DNA of 64,000 bases from Candidatus Latescibacterota bacterium. GTDB lineage: Bacteria > Latescibacterota > UBA2968 > SICM01. The translations under genes and the position numbers were made by a program. A model generated the notes under the pieces. That model had not been told where the DNA came from and searched no databases. It saw only the letters and a list, made by a program, of their open reading frames with translations. This document shows positions 18,641-27,731 of the stretch, one piece after another. The stretch covers positions 5,248,001 to 5,312,000 of the forward strand of contig CBDCJO010000002.1 in assembly GCA_965217865.1 (NCBI GenBank). The letters run 5' to 3'. Positions within the stretch are counted from its first letter, which is position 1; each line of letters opens with the position of its first letter.

Positions 18641-19648
18641 TTATACGAAGACGTCCTGGGTCTCTCCGCGGGTGACCGTGACCTGCCCGGCCTCCTCGAG
18701 CTGCCGCACCGTCTGGACGACCCGAAGCTGGACCTCCTCAACGTCGCTCATCCGGACCGGTCCGGAAAACTCCATCTCCTCGCGGATCATCTGGCTCACA
18801 CGCTCGGACACATTCGAAAAGATCCGATCCTGCATCTCGGGCGCAGACCCCTTCAGCGCAGTCGCCAAATCCTTCGTGTCCACCTCCCGCAGCACCATCT
18901 GGATCTCGCGGTCCGTCAGGTTCGCGATGTCGTCGAACGTGAACATCATGTTCCGGATCTCCTCCGCGATCTCTGGATCCTGGGAGTCCAGTCGCTCCAG
19001 AACGGCCTTCTCCGTCGAACGGCCCGTCATGTTCAGGATCTCCGCCACCTTCTTCGGCCCCCCGATCTCCGTGATTTGACCCGTCAGGATCGCCTGGAGC
19101 TCATTGGCAAGCGTATCCTCGATCTCCCGAAGCACCTGCGGTGAGATGTTCTCCATAGCGGCCACCCGGTAGGTCACCTCCGACTGGAGCTCTTCCGGAA
19201 GGATGTTCAGGACGCCCGCGGCCTGAGATGGGTCCAGCTGAGATAGGATCAGGGCGATCGTCTGCGGGTGTTCCTTGCTGATGAACGGGGCGATCTGGTT
19301 CGGCGCGATGTTCCGGAGCAGGTAGAAGCCCCCCGTGGTCGTGGCCGTCACCCGGTCGAGCATCGTCTGCGCCCGGCGGGGGCCCATGGCCTTCTCGAGC
19401 GTCCCCCGGGCGAAATCGATCCCGCCCATCGAGATGTACTTCCCGGCCATCAAAAGCGTCTCGAACTCCTCGAGGACCTCGTCCTCCTGGTCCGTCGTGA
19501 CGGTCCTGAGCTCGGCGATGGTCTGGGCGATGTCCTCGATCTCGTAATCGTTCAGGTATTTCAGGATCTCCGCACTGGTGTCCTGACCGAGCGCGATCAT
19601 CAGGATGGCCACTTTCTGGCGAGATGAAAATCCTTCCGTTTCCGCCAA
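18641..19648 (-). CDS. fliG: Flagellar motor switch protein FliG (orphan copy)
   Basis: KVAILMIALG, GGIDFA, EHPQTIA, GGPKKVAEILN, MFTFDDI, LATALKG, GPVRMSDVE; RBS AGGAG before TTG. Confidence 0.95.
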   Translation of the reverse strand: MAETEGFSSRQKVAILMIALGQDTSAEILKYLNDYEIEDIAQTIAELRTVTTDQEDEVLEEFETLLMAGKYISMGGIDFARGTLEKAMGPRRAQTMLDRVTATTTGGFYLLRNIAPNQIAPFISKEHPQTIALILSQLDPSQAAGVLNILPEELQSEVTYRVAAMENISPQVLREIEDTLANELQAILTGQITEIGGPKKVAEILNMTGRSTEKAVLERLDSQDPEIAEEIRNMMFTFDDIANLTDREIQMVLREVDTKDLATALKGSAPEMQDRIFSNVSERVSQMIREEMEFSGPVRMSDVEEVQLRVVQTVRQLEEAGQVTVTRGETQDVFV

Positions 19649-19680
19649 AGTTTATATTCTCCTAATTATCTGGGTTTGTC

Positions 19681-19935
19681 TCAAGAGCATCGTTCCGGGA
19701 AGGGGTTCAGGTGTCTCCTTATACGCCTCTGGGTTCGGAGCGTAGAAATGAGAAGAATGACCCAGGCGACGCAGAAGGGGGCGCCCAGAAGAAGCCTTAG
19801 AAGATCATTGCCCTTTCCCGGAAGAGGTTGAGATCGGATCAAGTCCCCAAATGGCCTTATGGCATCGGGCGCCTGTGCAAAGGCCACCCCTACCAGAATT
19901 CCGGGAAGCAACAGACCGGGTATAATCAGCCTCAA
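19681..19935 (-). CDS. Small membrane protein (signal peptide + TM), probably co-transcribed with fliG
   Basis: LIIPGLLLPGILVGVAFA-Q followed by a TM and TQRRIRR; ends 32 nt before fliG. Start is uncertain. Confidence 0.5.
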   Translation of the reverse strand: MRLIIPGLLLPGILVGVAFAQAPDAIRPFGDLIRSQPLPGKGNDLLRLLLGAPFCVAWVILLISTLRTQRRIRRHLNPFPERCS

Positions 19936-20210
19936 GCCGTTTACCTGTAAAAAGCTTTTCACCCGTTTTGGGTCCGTTCGAAAGGGCTGCTGGTTATAGA
20001 ATTCTCCGATAGAACCTAAATTTACCATAAAATATTGAAAATTCAAAATGGTTGTTTAGCACCTTTCTGCGTGAAATCGGTAAATTCTGGAACCGCTTCG
20101 CTTGTGAAGATTATATATTAAATGGATCCTTCGCCCACCTAAATTCTGATCAGGGCGATTGGGAAGGGGGGTTGATCGAAAAATCGAGTTATGGAAAGGA
20201 GGAGATCGAT

Positions 20211-20528
20211 ATGCTGACAAAGCCCGAGATGACAGAGCACATCAGATCGCGTTTCAGGAACGCGAAAGAACGGGCGGGCGTGTTGGTTAGGGCCTTTAGG
20301 GTTCGGGTGGAGATCCTCGCAACCCGAAGACGCCTTCGGGCAAGATTCGCCGAGATGGGTGAAGAGATTTACGAAGGGATGAAGACCGGATCTCAGGATT
20401 TGGGGGGTGTACCGCGTGTGGTATCTCTGAAGGTCCGCATCGATGGCCTTAAGTCAGAGTTATCCGGCCTTGAGGAAAAACTGAAGAACGTCCTGGAGGG
20501 GGATGTGGATGGGGGGGAGGGGGCCTGA
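20211..20528 (+). CDS. Hypothetical coiled-coil protein
   Basis: Strong RBS AAGGAGG before ATG 20211; helical EMGEEIY...LKSELSGLEEKLK. Confidence 0.75.
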   Translation: MLTKPEMTEHIRSRFRNAKERAGVLVRAFRVRVEILATRRRLRARFAEMGEEIYEGMKTGSQDLGGVPRVVSLKVRIDGLKSELSGLEEKLKNVLEGDVDGGEGA

Positions 20529-20579
20529 TGGAGGACTGCTTCGGAAAGCCGGCGCGGGTGAGGTAAAAAATCGTATGAT

Positions 20580-20880
20580 GGATCTTCCTAGTTTCTGGTG
20601 GAAAGCGAGGTTCTGTGAGGCGACATATCAGCGGGCCAACGGTCCGTGATCCGGATCAATCTCACGCATACCGTTCATCGCATGGCGATGTGAAATTATC
20701 GCGGCCCTTCAGGCCGCACGATGCTATTGCTTTCCAAAAACCCAGGGCAGCACGCCTGGGTTGAGGGACACGCGCCGATGGCGCTGAAGGTAGGCCCTGA
20801 ATTTGGTCTCGGCTTCTTGATTAGCTTGAAGCCCGGGTGTCAATCGGGAAGACAGGGTCCGCTATATTCCAAGGAGAGCC
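20580..20880. mobile_element. REP-rich non-autonomous element, copy 1 (mini IS200-like tnpA core within GGATCTT/GGCTCTCC ends)
   Basis: Co-linear with 25489-25802; the minus strand retains degraded DERY(A)*D*. Confidence 0.8.
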
Positions 20881-20943
20881 AAATTGATAAAGGGGTGGAG
20901 CCGCTTCCGTTGAATTTTTCAATAGTCATCTATTGTCCGCAGC

Positions 20944-21756
20944 TTACGGGGCGCTAAAGGTCTCCATTCCGTTCTGATTGTACAACCCGATTCTCGCAAA
21001 AGGCGGGACCTTTTCATTTTTCAGATCCAGAACGTGCAAGATCGCCCAGGCCTTATCGGTTCCCCGATGGAACATGAAGGCCGGTGTATTTTCACGATCC
21101 ACGATTATTGAAATGCTGGGTTGTTCTTTGTCATCTGTGAACGAAATCATCGGGTTTTCTTCTTCCAATCCCATAATCATCCGCCGGATCTTACCTTTCC
21201 CCACGATTTCCAACCAGGGCATATCATTTTCTGAAACTTTGAGACGGGCACGATCATTTCCGTGTGAATCGCCAAGGTATATGCCCACATCTCCTCCACT
21301 CTGCATCCCGAAACTCGCCCGATGGGCACCATTTTCGTCCGTGAAAGACAGCCGGGTATCTGAAGGCCCATGAGTCTCCAGGGTAGCACCTGCTTTTCCG
21401 TTTTTATCGTAGATCGCCAGGATTACACCCTTCTCGTCGTCGACTCCCAATTCCGCCCGGTCTCGACCTTCCGAGTCCATCAGGGTCAGCCGGACCTGCC
21501 TGTCTTCCCCTATCTCAAGTGCCGCTCGTGGATTTTGATGTTTGTCGTATATCTTCAAGGAAACACCTTCCTGGATCGATCCAAGCATAGCCCGTTTGTT
21601 CCCCGCTTGATCGATCACGATAAAGCTCTCCGCCTTGACGATTTTTCTGTTTTGGATCGCCAATATCGTTCCAAGGATGATCAAACCAAATACGATATTG
21701 AGGATTAAAATGCGATTCAATTTTTTTTCTAATCCTTTGAGTTTTTCTTCGTTCAT
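20944..21756 (-). CDS. Hypothetical membrane-anchored beta-repeat protein
   Basis: N-terminal TM followed by ~23-aa repeats L.(I/L).D..G..RA.L. Confidence 0.8.
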   Translation of the reverse strand: MNEEKLKGLEKKLNRILILNIVFGLIILGTILAIQNRKIVKAESFIVIDQAGNKRAMLGSIQEGVSLKIYDKHQNPRAALEIGEDRQVRLTLMDSEGRDRAELGVDDEKGVILAIYDKNGKAGATLETHGPSDTRLSFTDENGAHRASFGMQSGGDVGIYLGDSHGNDRARLKVSENDMPWLEIVGKGKIRRMIMGLEEENPMISFTDDKEQPSISIIVDRENTPAFMFHRGTDKAWAILHVLDLKNEKVPPFARIGLYNQNGMETFSAP

Positions 21757-21957
21757 TTGATGCCTCCATTGCTTGTCTTATAGTATTATATCGATGTCGT
21801 AAAATACTGCAGAGCAAAGAATAAAATTTTAGATGCGAACATGCCCAGGTTGAAGGTTCGTGAGTTCTTCTGATCTATTTCAGCCTGGAGTGAGCGCCTG
21901 TCGTTGAAACCGACTGTGGGGGAGGGGCCTAAGCGAGGGTATTTCACCAACGGGGTT

Positions 21958-22347
21958 TCAGATCGACGGTTTGGAGTCTGCAGTAGGCTGGATCTCGTAG
22001 CTGAGGACAGCGGTGTCCAGTGAATCGTAGATCGTAAAGAGACGGTCGAGTTGGGTGGTTGCAAAGACGCTGTCCATTCGTTTGGGCACATTGACCAGGC
22101 GCATGTCCCCGCCGGCGTTTCGCAGGGTTGTTAAGCTGGCCACAAGGGTGCCGAAGATCGCGCTTCCAAACCATCTCACGTGCTGCATGTCCACAATGAT
22201 CTTCTTGTAGCCGTCTCGGAGGAGTGTCCCGAACCGGTCGTGAAAATCGCTGACTTCCGGGGTGCTGACGATCTCGCTCGTAGGCCTGAGAACGGTCACG
22301 TCGCCCCTTTTTTCTTCTTCGATCTCCAACGGAACTCCCAATGCCAC
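21958..22347 (-). CDS. STAS-domain anti-sigma factor antagonist
   Basis: KIIVDMQHVRWFGSAIFG, GGDMRLVN, TQLDRLFTIY. Confidence 0.88.
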   Translation of the reverse strand: MALGVPLEIEEEKRGDVTVLRPTSEIVSTPEVSDFHDRFGTLLRDGYKKIIVDMQHVRWFGSAIFGTLVASLTTLRNAGGDMRLVNVPKRMDSVFATTQLDRLFTIYDSLDTAVLSYEIQPTADSKPSI

Positions 22348-22396
22348 TTCGATGTGGCCTTACGTGTCTTCGCCTTCGAGAAAACCGTCTATAAAA

Positions 22397-23104
22397 CTAT
22401 GGTTGTCCTGCCCCAGCAGGACTGTGACTTTGCCAGAAAACCTTTCCAACGAAAAACGGGCCCAGGGACTCGATATATCTTGCCGTCTGCTGAGTTTTTC
22501 GCATATCCTGTACGATCCGGGAAAGGGGATAGAGGCTCTCACCCACCAATCCGATCACAAATTCATTGTCATTTCGATCGAGCCCGTGACATGCCAGGCG
22601 GATATCGTGGGCGAACCCGGAACGGCCATAAGAGATGCCGATAGCAGCGTGTTCCAGGAGAATTTTATCCTGCTCCTCCTGAGAGAGCAGTTGGAATTCC
22701 GATTTCCGACGCAGCGGATACCAGATTGCCCACGGAAATTCGGGGTTCAAAGCGTTCCGGCGGGGTTTGGCCAGGAGCCAGTCCTCCTTGTCCCGCTCGT
22801 GTCCGGTTGAATATGTCCTGCCGGTCATCGTCAGTGCCGGTTTTTGTTTCAGAGATACAAAAGTATTGCTTACAAGCAGGGACCTCGCCTCAGTTATGAG
22901 GAGAACGGGGTTTTCGGCCATAAGCAGCAGACCGACGCCACGGGGATCGTGCAGATCACGATAAAGAACGCCTTCCAATCCGCTGGCCTGAAGCGAGTCT
23001 ACCAGTGGACTTTCATCTAAACATTCCCCGAAAGCCTGAAGCTGGCAGTAGAGACGGGGTTCATCAGCCTGAATATCATGCAATGAAAGATTCCGGATCT
23101 GCAA
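22397..23104 (-). CDS. Chlorite dismutase / coproheme decarboxylase (Cld/HemQ) family heme protein
   Basis: WYPLRR, ILLEHAAIG (proximal His), HGLDRNDNEFVI, GPFFVG. Confidence 0.82.
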   Translation of the reverse strand: MQIRNLSLHDIQADEPRLYCQLQAFGECLDESPLVDSLQASGLEGVLYRDLHDPRGVGLLLMAENPVLLITEARSLLVSNTFVSLKQKPALTMTGRTYSTGHERDKEDWLLAKPRRNALNPEFPWAIWYPLRRKSEFQLLSQEEQDKILLEHAAIGISYGRSGFAHDIRLACHGLDRNDNEFVIGLVGESLYPLSRIVQDMRKTQQTARYIESLGPFFVGKVFWQSHSPAGAGQP

Positions 23105-23340
23105 TGTTCTCTCGTGTTAGGTTTGAGTCCCGATTTAGCGCCTTCAATTTACCCTGCCATATGAATGAAGTCAAGGTATTATCAGTTTGGTTGAGGAGCC
23201 TGATTATGGATGCGAAACGTACGGTTTTCAGATTGACACAGGGATAAAATAGTTCTAAGTTCCGGGTTCCGGAGAATTTCAAATTCCGATTTAATAGGTT
23301 CCGTGTTCCGGATGGTGTCGGTCAGTGAAAGGAAAAAATT

Positions 23341-24690
23341 ATGGCCCAGATCGACTGGCAGAAAATTCAGTCCGAGGCGGTGGAGCATCTTCGGGCACTG
23401 GTTAGAGTCGACACCACGAATCCCCCGGGGAATGAGCGGCCGGCGGCGGAATACATTGCGGGTGTCTGCGAAAAGGCCGGACTCAAAACAGAGGTCGTTG
23501 AATCCGGCGGTCCAAATCGGGGTAACGTGGTGGCCAGGATGGTCGGAAACGGGAAGGCCCGCCCCGTTCTTCTCCTATCTCATTTAGACGTGGTGCCCGC
23601 GGAACCGTCGAAATGGACCCATCCGCCATTTGGCGGAGATCTGGCTGAGGGATATGTCTGGGGGAGGGGATCGGTGGACTCAAAGTTGACGGCTGCCGTG
23701 GGGTTGACCACCCTTCTTCTCTGCGCTCGAACAGGGACCGCCCTGAAGCGTGATCTCATTCTAGCGGCCACCGCGGACGAAGAGATGGGAGGTCCGGCGA
23801 ATGGTGCGGCGTGGCTTGCAAACAACCGGAAGGACCTGATTGACGCGGAGTACGTGATCAACGAAGGAGGGGGATTCGCGCTGGAAATCGGCGGGAAAAG
23901 GTTCTACGTCTGTCAAACCGCTGAAAAAGGGGCATGCGACGTGGATTTGATCGGGAAAGGGATGCCGGGACACGCCTCCGTTCCCCACGATGATAACGCG
24001 ATTGTCCATCTTGCGGAGTCGGTGGTCAAATTGGGTTCCGGACGGCTCGGTTTTCACGTGACGGAGACGGCTCGCGGGTTCTTCGAGAAGGCGGCTGCAG
24101 CCCAGGACAGTGAGGAGAATGCCCGCCTGCTGCGAGATATGCTGGATCCGAAGAAAGAGCCGGAGACCTTTTGCCGCCTCCCTACGGACGACCCCACGCG
24201 GTTGATGTTCGACGCCATGCTCCGGAACACGGCGGCCCCCACGATATTAAATGGGGGGGTAAAACGGAATGTCATCCCTTCGGAGGTGAGCCTGAGCATG
24301 AGTGGAAGGCCGCTGCCGGGCCAGACGAAGGAATCCATCATCGGAGAGCTAAGAGAGAAGGTCGAAGACCGGGTGGAAATCGTCGAAGGCCGATGGCGGC
24401 CGGGAATAGAGTCGAACCCGGACTCGCCCCTTTTCGAGGCCATGGATCGCGCAATCAAAAGGGTCGACCCGGAAGGTCAGGTTGTCCCGTTTCTGATCAC
24501 CGGGGGGACGGATGCTCACCAACTGGATCCCATTAATGCGACGGTCTATGGATTTTTACCGATGCGATATGAACCGGGATGGGCTTATTTCGATCTTTGC
24601 CACGGGCACGATGAACGGATTTCGGAAGCGTCTGTGGGGTTCGGTGTGAAGGTCCTGTATGAGACGATTTGTGATCTGAATCGTGCTTGA
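23341..24690 (+). CDS. M20/M25/M40 family metallopeptidase/deacylase
   Basis: SHLDVVPA, WGRGSVDSK, ADEE, INEGG, GGTD, HGHDERI. Confidence 0.93.
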   Translation: MAQIDWQKIQSEAVEHLRALVRVDTTNPPGNERPAAEYIAGVCEKAGLKTEVVESGGPNRGNVVARMVGNGKARPVLLLSHLDVVPAEPSKWTHPPFGGDLAEGYVWGRGSVDSKLTAAVGLTTLLLCARTGTALKRDLILAATADEEMGGPANGAAWLANNRKDLIDAEYVINEGGGFALEIGGKRFYVCQTAEKGACDVDLIGKGMPGHASVPHDDNAIVHLAESVVKLGSGRLGFHVTETARGFFEKAAAAQDSEENARLLRDMLDPKKEPETFCRLPTDDPTRLMFDAMLRNTAAPTILNGGVKRNVIPSEVSLSMSGRPLPGQTKESIIGELREKVEDRVEIVEGRWRPGIESNPDSPLFEAMDRAIKRVDPEGQVVPFLITGGTDAHQLDPINATVYGFLPMRYEPGWAYFDLCHGHDERISEASVGFGVKVLYETICDLNRA

Positions 24691-24798
24691 TTCGAAAGTT
24701 ATATACGTTGACACGATCGATTTATGCGGCGCTTCTGTCGGCCATAGAAATGATCAAATCTCATTCATAGATTCAAAATACGTTAACCATTTCCAAAA

Positions 24799-25440
24799 GT
24801 GAGGGGGATCGTGAAGAATAAGACAAAAGAAAAATTACAGCGCGGAGAGGTTGTCCTTGGGGCGACCATCGGGACACCCACCCCGATCGTTCGGGTGGTC
24901 TGGAACGATCAGGTCGCTATCAAGAAGGCCCTTGACGTCGGGGCCTGGGGGCTTATCATCCCGTGGGTAAACAATCGGGAACAGGCCGAGGCGGCCGTAA
25001 GAGCGGCGAAATATCCTCCGATGGGCACACGCGGGTTCGGTCCCAGGTGGGTAATGGTTTCGGGTGGGGAACCCGTTGAGTACGCGAAGACGGCCAATGA
25101 GGAGACGCTGGTCATCGTTCAGATCGAGACTGCTGAAGCGGTTGAAAATCTTGAAGAGATCCTGACCACTCCCGGTGTGGATGGCTATCTTATCGGTCCG
25201 ATGGACCTTTCAGCATCTCTGGGCCATCTGGGGAATCCAGCCCACCCCGAGGTTGAAAAGGTCATCGAGGATGTGATCACAAGAAGTAGAAAACTGAATG
25301 TCCCGGGGGGATATGCAAACGCCACCACGGAGCTCTGTCTGAGGCGGATCGAATAGGGGTTTCAAATGGTGACGGTGGGAGGAGATCTGAGTTTTCTGAA
25401 AATGGGCGCTCAAGGGGTGTTGGAGAAAATGAAAGAGGGA

Positions 25441-25452
<12 letters not shown>
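24799..25452 (+). pseudogene. HpcH/HpaI aldolase pseudogene (internal deletion plus nonsense codon)
   Basis: GATIG is fused directly to TPTPIVRV, so the IDxEH region is lost. After the TAG at 25354 the frame continues GFQMVTVGGDLSFLK to TGA 25452. Confidence 0.85.
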
Positions 25453-25488
<36 letters not shown>

Positions 25489-25802
25489 GGATCTTCCTAG
25501 TTTTTGGTGGAAAGCAAGGTTCTATGAGGCGACGCATCAGCGGGCCAACGGTCCGCGATCCGGATCAATCCCATACATACCGTAGATGAATCAGGACAGG
25601 AATTGAGGGATGTGAAATTATCGCGGCCCTTCAGGCCGCACGACGCTATTGTTTCGCACGACCCAGGGCGTTGCCCTGGGTTAAGGGACAACGCGCCGTT
25701 GGCGCTGAAAGAAGGCCCTGACTATAGTCTCGGCTTCTCGATTAGCTCGAAAGCTCGGATGTCAATCGCGAAGACAGGTTCCACTATATTACACGGAGAG
25801 CC
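25489..25802. mobile_element. REP-rich non-autonomous element, copy 2, with 8-bp target duplication
   Basis: Flanks AAAATGCA / AAACTGCA; the minus strand retains VLIHL fused to RYVWD*. Confidence 0.85.
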
Positions 25803-25971
25803 AAACTGCAAAGTTCTCGAAAAAAGGAACCGCGCATTTGTGCTTGACCCGGACTTTCCAGTCTCATTATCTTTCGCAATTAGAAGATTAAGGCTTGACT
25901 TTTGGTCCCTTTTTCGTTATATTAAGTGTAGAGAAAACAACTAACTTAACCAAAAAAAGGGAGGAAGGAAA

Positions 25972-26856
25972 ATGAACTTGTTGACGGCGATTGAAAAGTT
26001 CCCGACGCAGGAATCATGCATTGAGCATCTTGAGCGGGTAAGGTTCAGAGATGATCCGTTTTGTCCGTTATGCGGTGCTGTTGGTGAGTGTGCTCGAAAG
26101 AAAGAGGGAAACATTATAGGGCGTTGGAACTGCCATGCCTGCAAGTCTAGCTTCAACGTCCTTTCTGGGACAATATTTCAGGGAACGCACCTTCCACTAC
26201 AGAAGTGGTTTATGGCAATCGCATTGATCGTCAACGCCAAGAAAAGCCTGTCCAGTTGCCAGCTTGCCCGGGACCTGAACCTTACCCAACGGTCCGCATG
26301 GTACGTGCAACAGCGGATTCGTGCCGAGATGGCAACAAGGCAGGGGAAGGTATTGTTGCGCGGGATCGTCGAAGCCGACGAGACCTACGTAGGAGGCAAG
26401 CCACGGAAACGCAACAGGCAGTCAGGTGGCGGTGGCAACGCTCCCAGAGGACGCGGGACTAGCAAGACTCCGGTTATAGGAGCCGTGGAGCGTGGCGGGA
26501 AGGTAGTTGCCCGTGTGGCGGACGATCTGTCAGGCAGGGGAGTTCTGGCCTTCATCAAACAGGCGATAGACCCTTCGGAGTCGGTGCTTGTCACGGACGA
26601 ATTTAGCGCCTACAACACCGTAAGGCAAATCATGAGCCATGCTGTGATTCACCACGCCAGGCAATACGCGGACGGAGATATCCACACCAACACGATTGAT
26701 GGCGTATGGTCCCTGCTCAAGCGAGCCTGGTACGGTTCACATCATCACTACACGAAGCGTTACACGCCGTTCTACGTGGCCGAAGCGTGCTACAAATACA
26801 ATAACCGGAAGAACAAGCGGACGTTTGATACGTTCATGAAGGGATGCTTTGCATGA
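25972..26856 (+). CDS. IS1595 family transposase
   Basis: Zn ribbon CPLC...CHAC, GTIF, HTH, EADETY, VTDE, HTNTIDG. Confidence 0.95.
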   Translation: MNLLTAIEKFPTQESCIEHLERVRFRDDPFCPLCGAVGECARKKEGNIIGRWNCHACKSSFNVLSGTIFQGTHLPLQKWFMAIALIVNAKKSLSSCQLARDLNLTQRSAWYVQQRIRAEMATRQGKVLLRGIVEADETYVGGKPRKRNRQSGGGGNAPRGRGTSKTPVIGAVERGGKVVARVADDLSGRGVLAFIKQAIDPSESVLVTDEFSAYNTVRQIMSHAVIHHARQYADGDIHTNTIDGVWSLLKRAWYGSHHHYTKRYTPFYVAEACYKYNNRKNKRTFDTFMKGCFA

Positions 26857-26978
26857 CCTTTGCACGCTTTGCATTTTTTCGGACCTTCTCTAGTTGTTTT
26901 ATCAAGTAGTCAATACCCTCATCAATTTCTATACAACTGAAAAAGACGCATTGTCATATCTCACACGGAAAGGGGTTT

Positions 26979-27305
26979 ATGAATAGCTTATCAAGGAAGC
27001 CACATGATAGTATTTTAGACCCAAAGATTGAAAATGTGGTTAAGATTCTACAGAAAAATGGAGTAGAAACTTGCCAGTCATGCCAGGGTGGAGAAGGACA
27101 TGCTTACGACCAGCCAACGGTAGAGTTTCGTGGTGGAGTTGGGGAAGGTCCTCGTGCTTACGGGGTTGCGGTGATTCACGGATTGCCCGTTACAAAGTTG
27201 TCGAGGGAATGGGGTGTGCAGGATAACGAATTGACGGGACCGCATTGGGCAATGGAATTTAATCCGCGCTTTCTTCCGGTCCCGTCAATTCCTGAGGGCT
27301 ACTAG
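26979..27305 (+). CDS. IS passenger protein with D.KI..VV.IL...G.ET.xSCQG..H motif
   Basis: RBS AAGGGG; 108 aa; lies inside the IS IRs. Confidence 0.75.
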   Translation: MNSLSRKPHDSILDPKIENVVKILQKNGVETCQSCQGGEGHAYDQPTVEFRGGVGEGPRAYGVAVIHGLPVTKLSREWGVQDNELTGPHWAMEFNPRFLPVPSIPEGY

Positions 27306-27472
27306 CAATTGTTGTTTCTGATCAGGCGTGCACATTCTAAGCACTGTTCTTTGCCTCCAGTGCCCGAGCGTCTGTTTTCTGTCTCGATGTTATTGCCCGT
27401 ATTGCAGTTTGTGCACTCGTGGTAAACAATCGCATCATCGTCGTCAGAATGCCACGGACTTATTCTGGCCAT
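27302..27472 (-). CDS. 56-aa Cys/His-rich passenger protein (putative Zn-binding)
   Basis: RBS AAGGAGG; MARISPWHS...VYHECTNCNTGNNIE...GTGGKEQCLECARL. Confidence 0.75.
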   Translation of the reverse strand: MARISPWHSDDDDAIVYHECTNCNTGNNIETENRRSGTGGKEQCLECARLIRNNNC

Positions 27473-27491
27473 ATTATCACCTCCTTTCGAT

Positions 27492-27611
27492 TTACAGGAT
27501 ACCATCCGCCTTCAGCCTCACCACCAGATAGGCTTGCGGCCTATCGCCTTTCAGGCTGTTGCAGGCTCCGCAAAGCAGTTGCAGGTTGTCCTGGTGGTCG
27601 GTTCCTCCTTT
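27492..27611 (-). pseudogene. C-terminal HNH endonuclease remnant
   Basis: KGGTDHQDNLQLLCGACNSLKGDRPQAYLVVRLKADGIL*; no start codon; truncated ~40 nt from the right IR. Confidence 0.8.
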
Positions 27612-27731
27612 GACGTCAGGTGCGGTGTGAAGTTACTCAGTTTGGTTTGTAAAGTCAAGCCTTAATCTTCTAATTGCGTTATCTTTAATGCCAAAGATGT
27701 ATTCGTTGAATTTAGCCGTTGGAGGACTGTC

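Larger units (their letters stand above)
25875..27678 (+). mobile_element. IS1595-family transporter IS with passenger genes
   Basis: Perfect 28-bp IRs CGCAATTAGAAGATTAAGGCTTGACTTT and perfect 8-bp DR TTATCTTT (25867-25874, 27679-27686). Confidence 0.95.
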
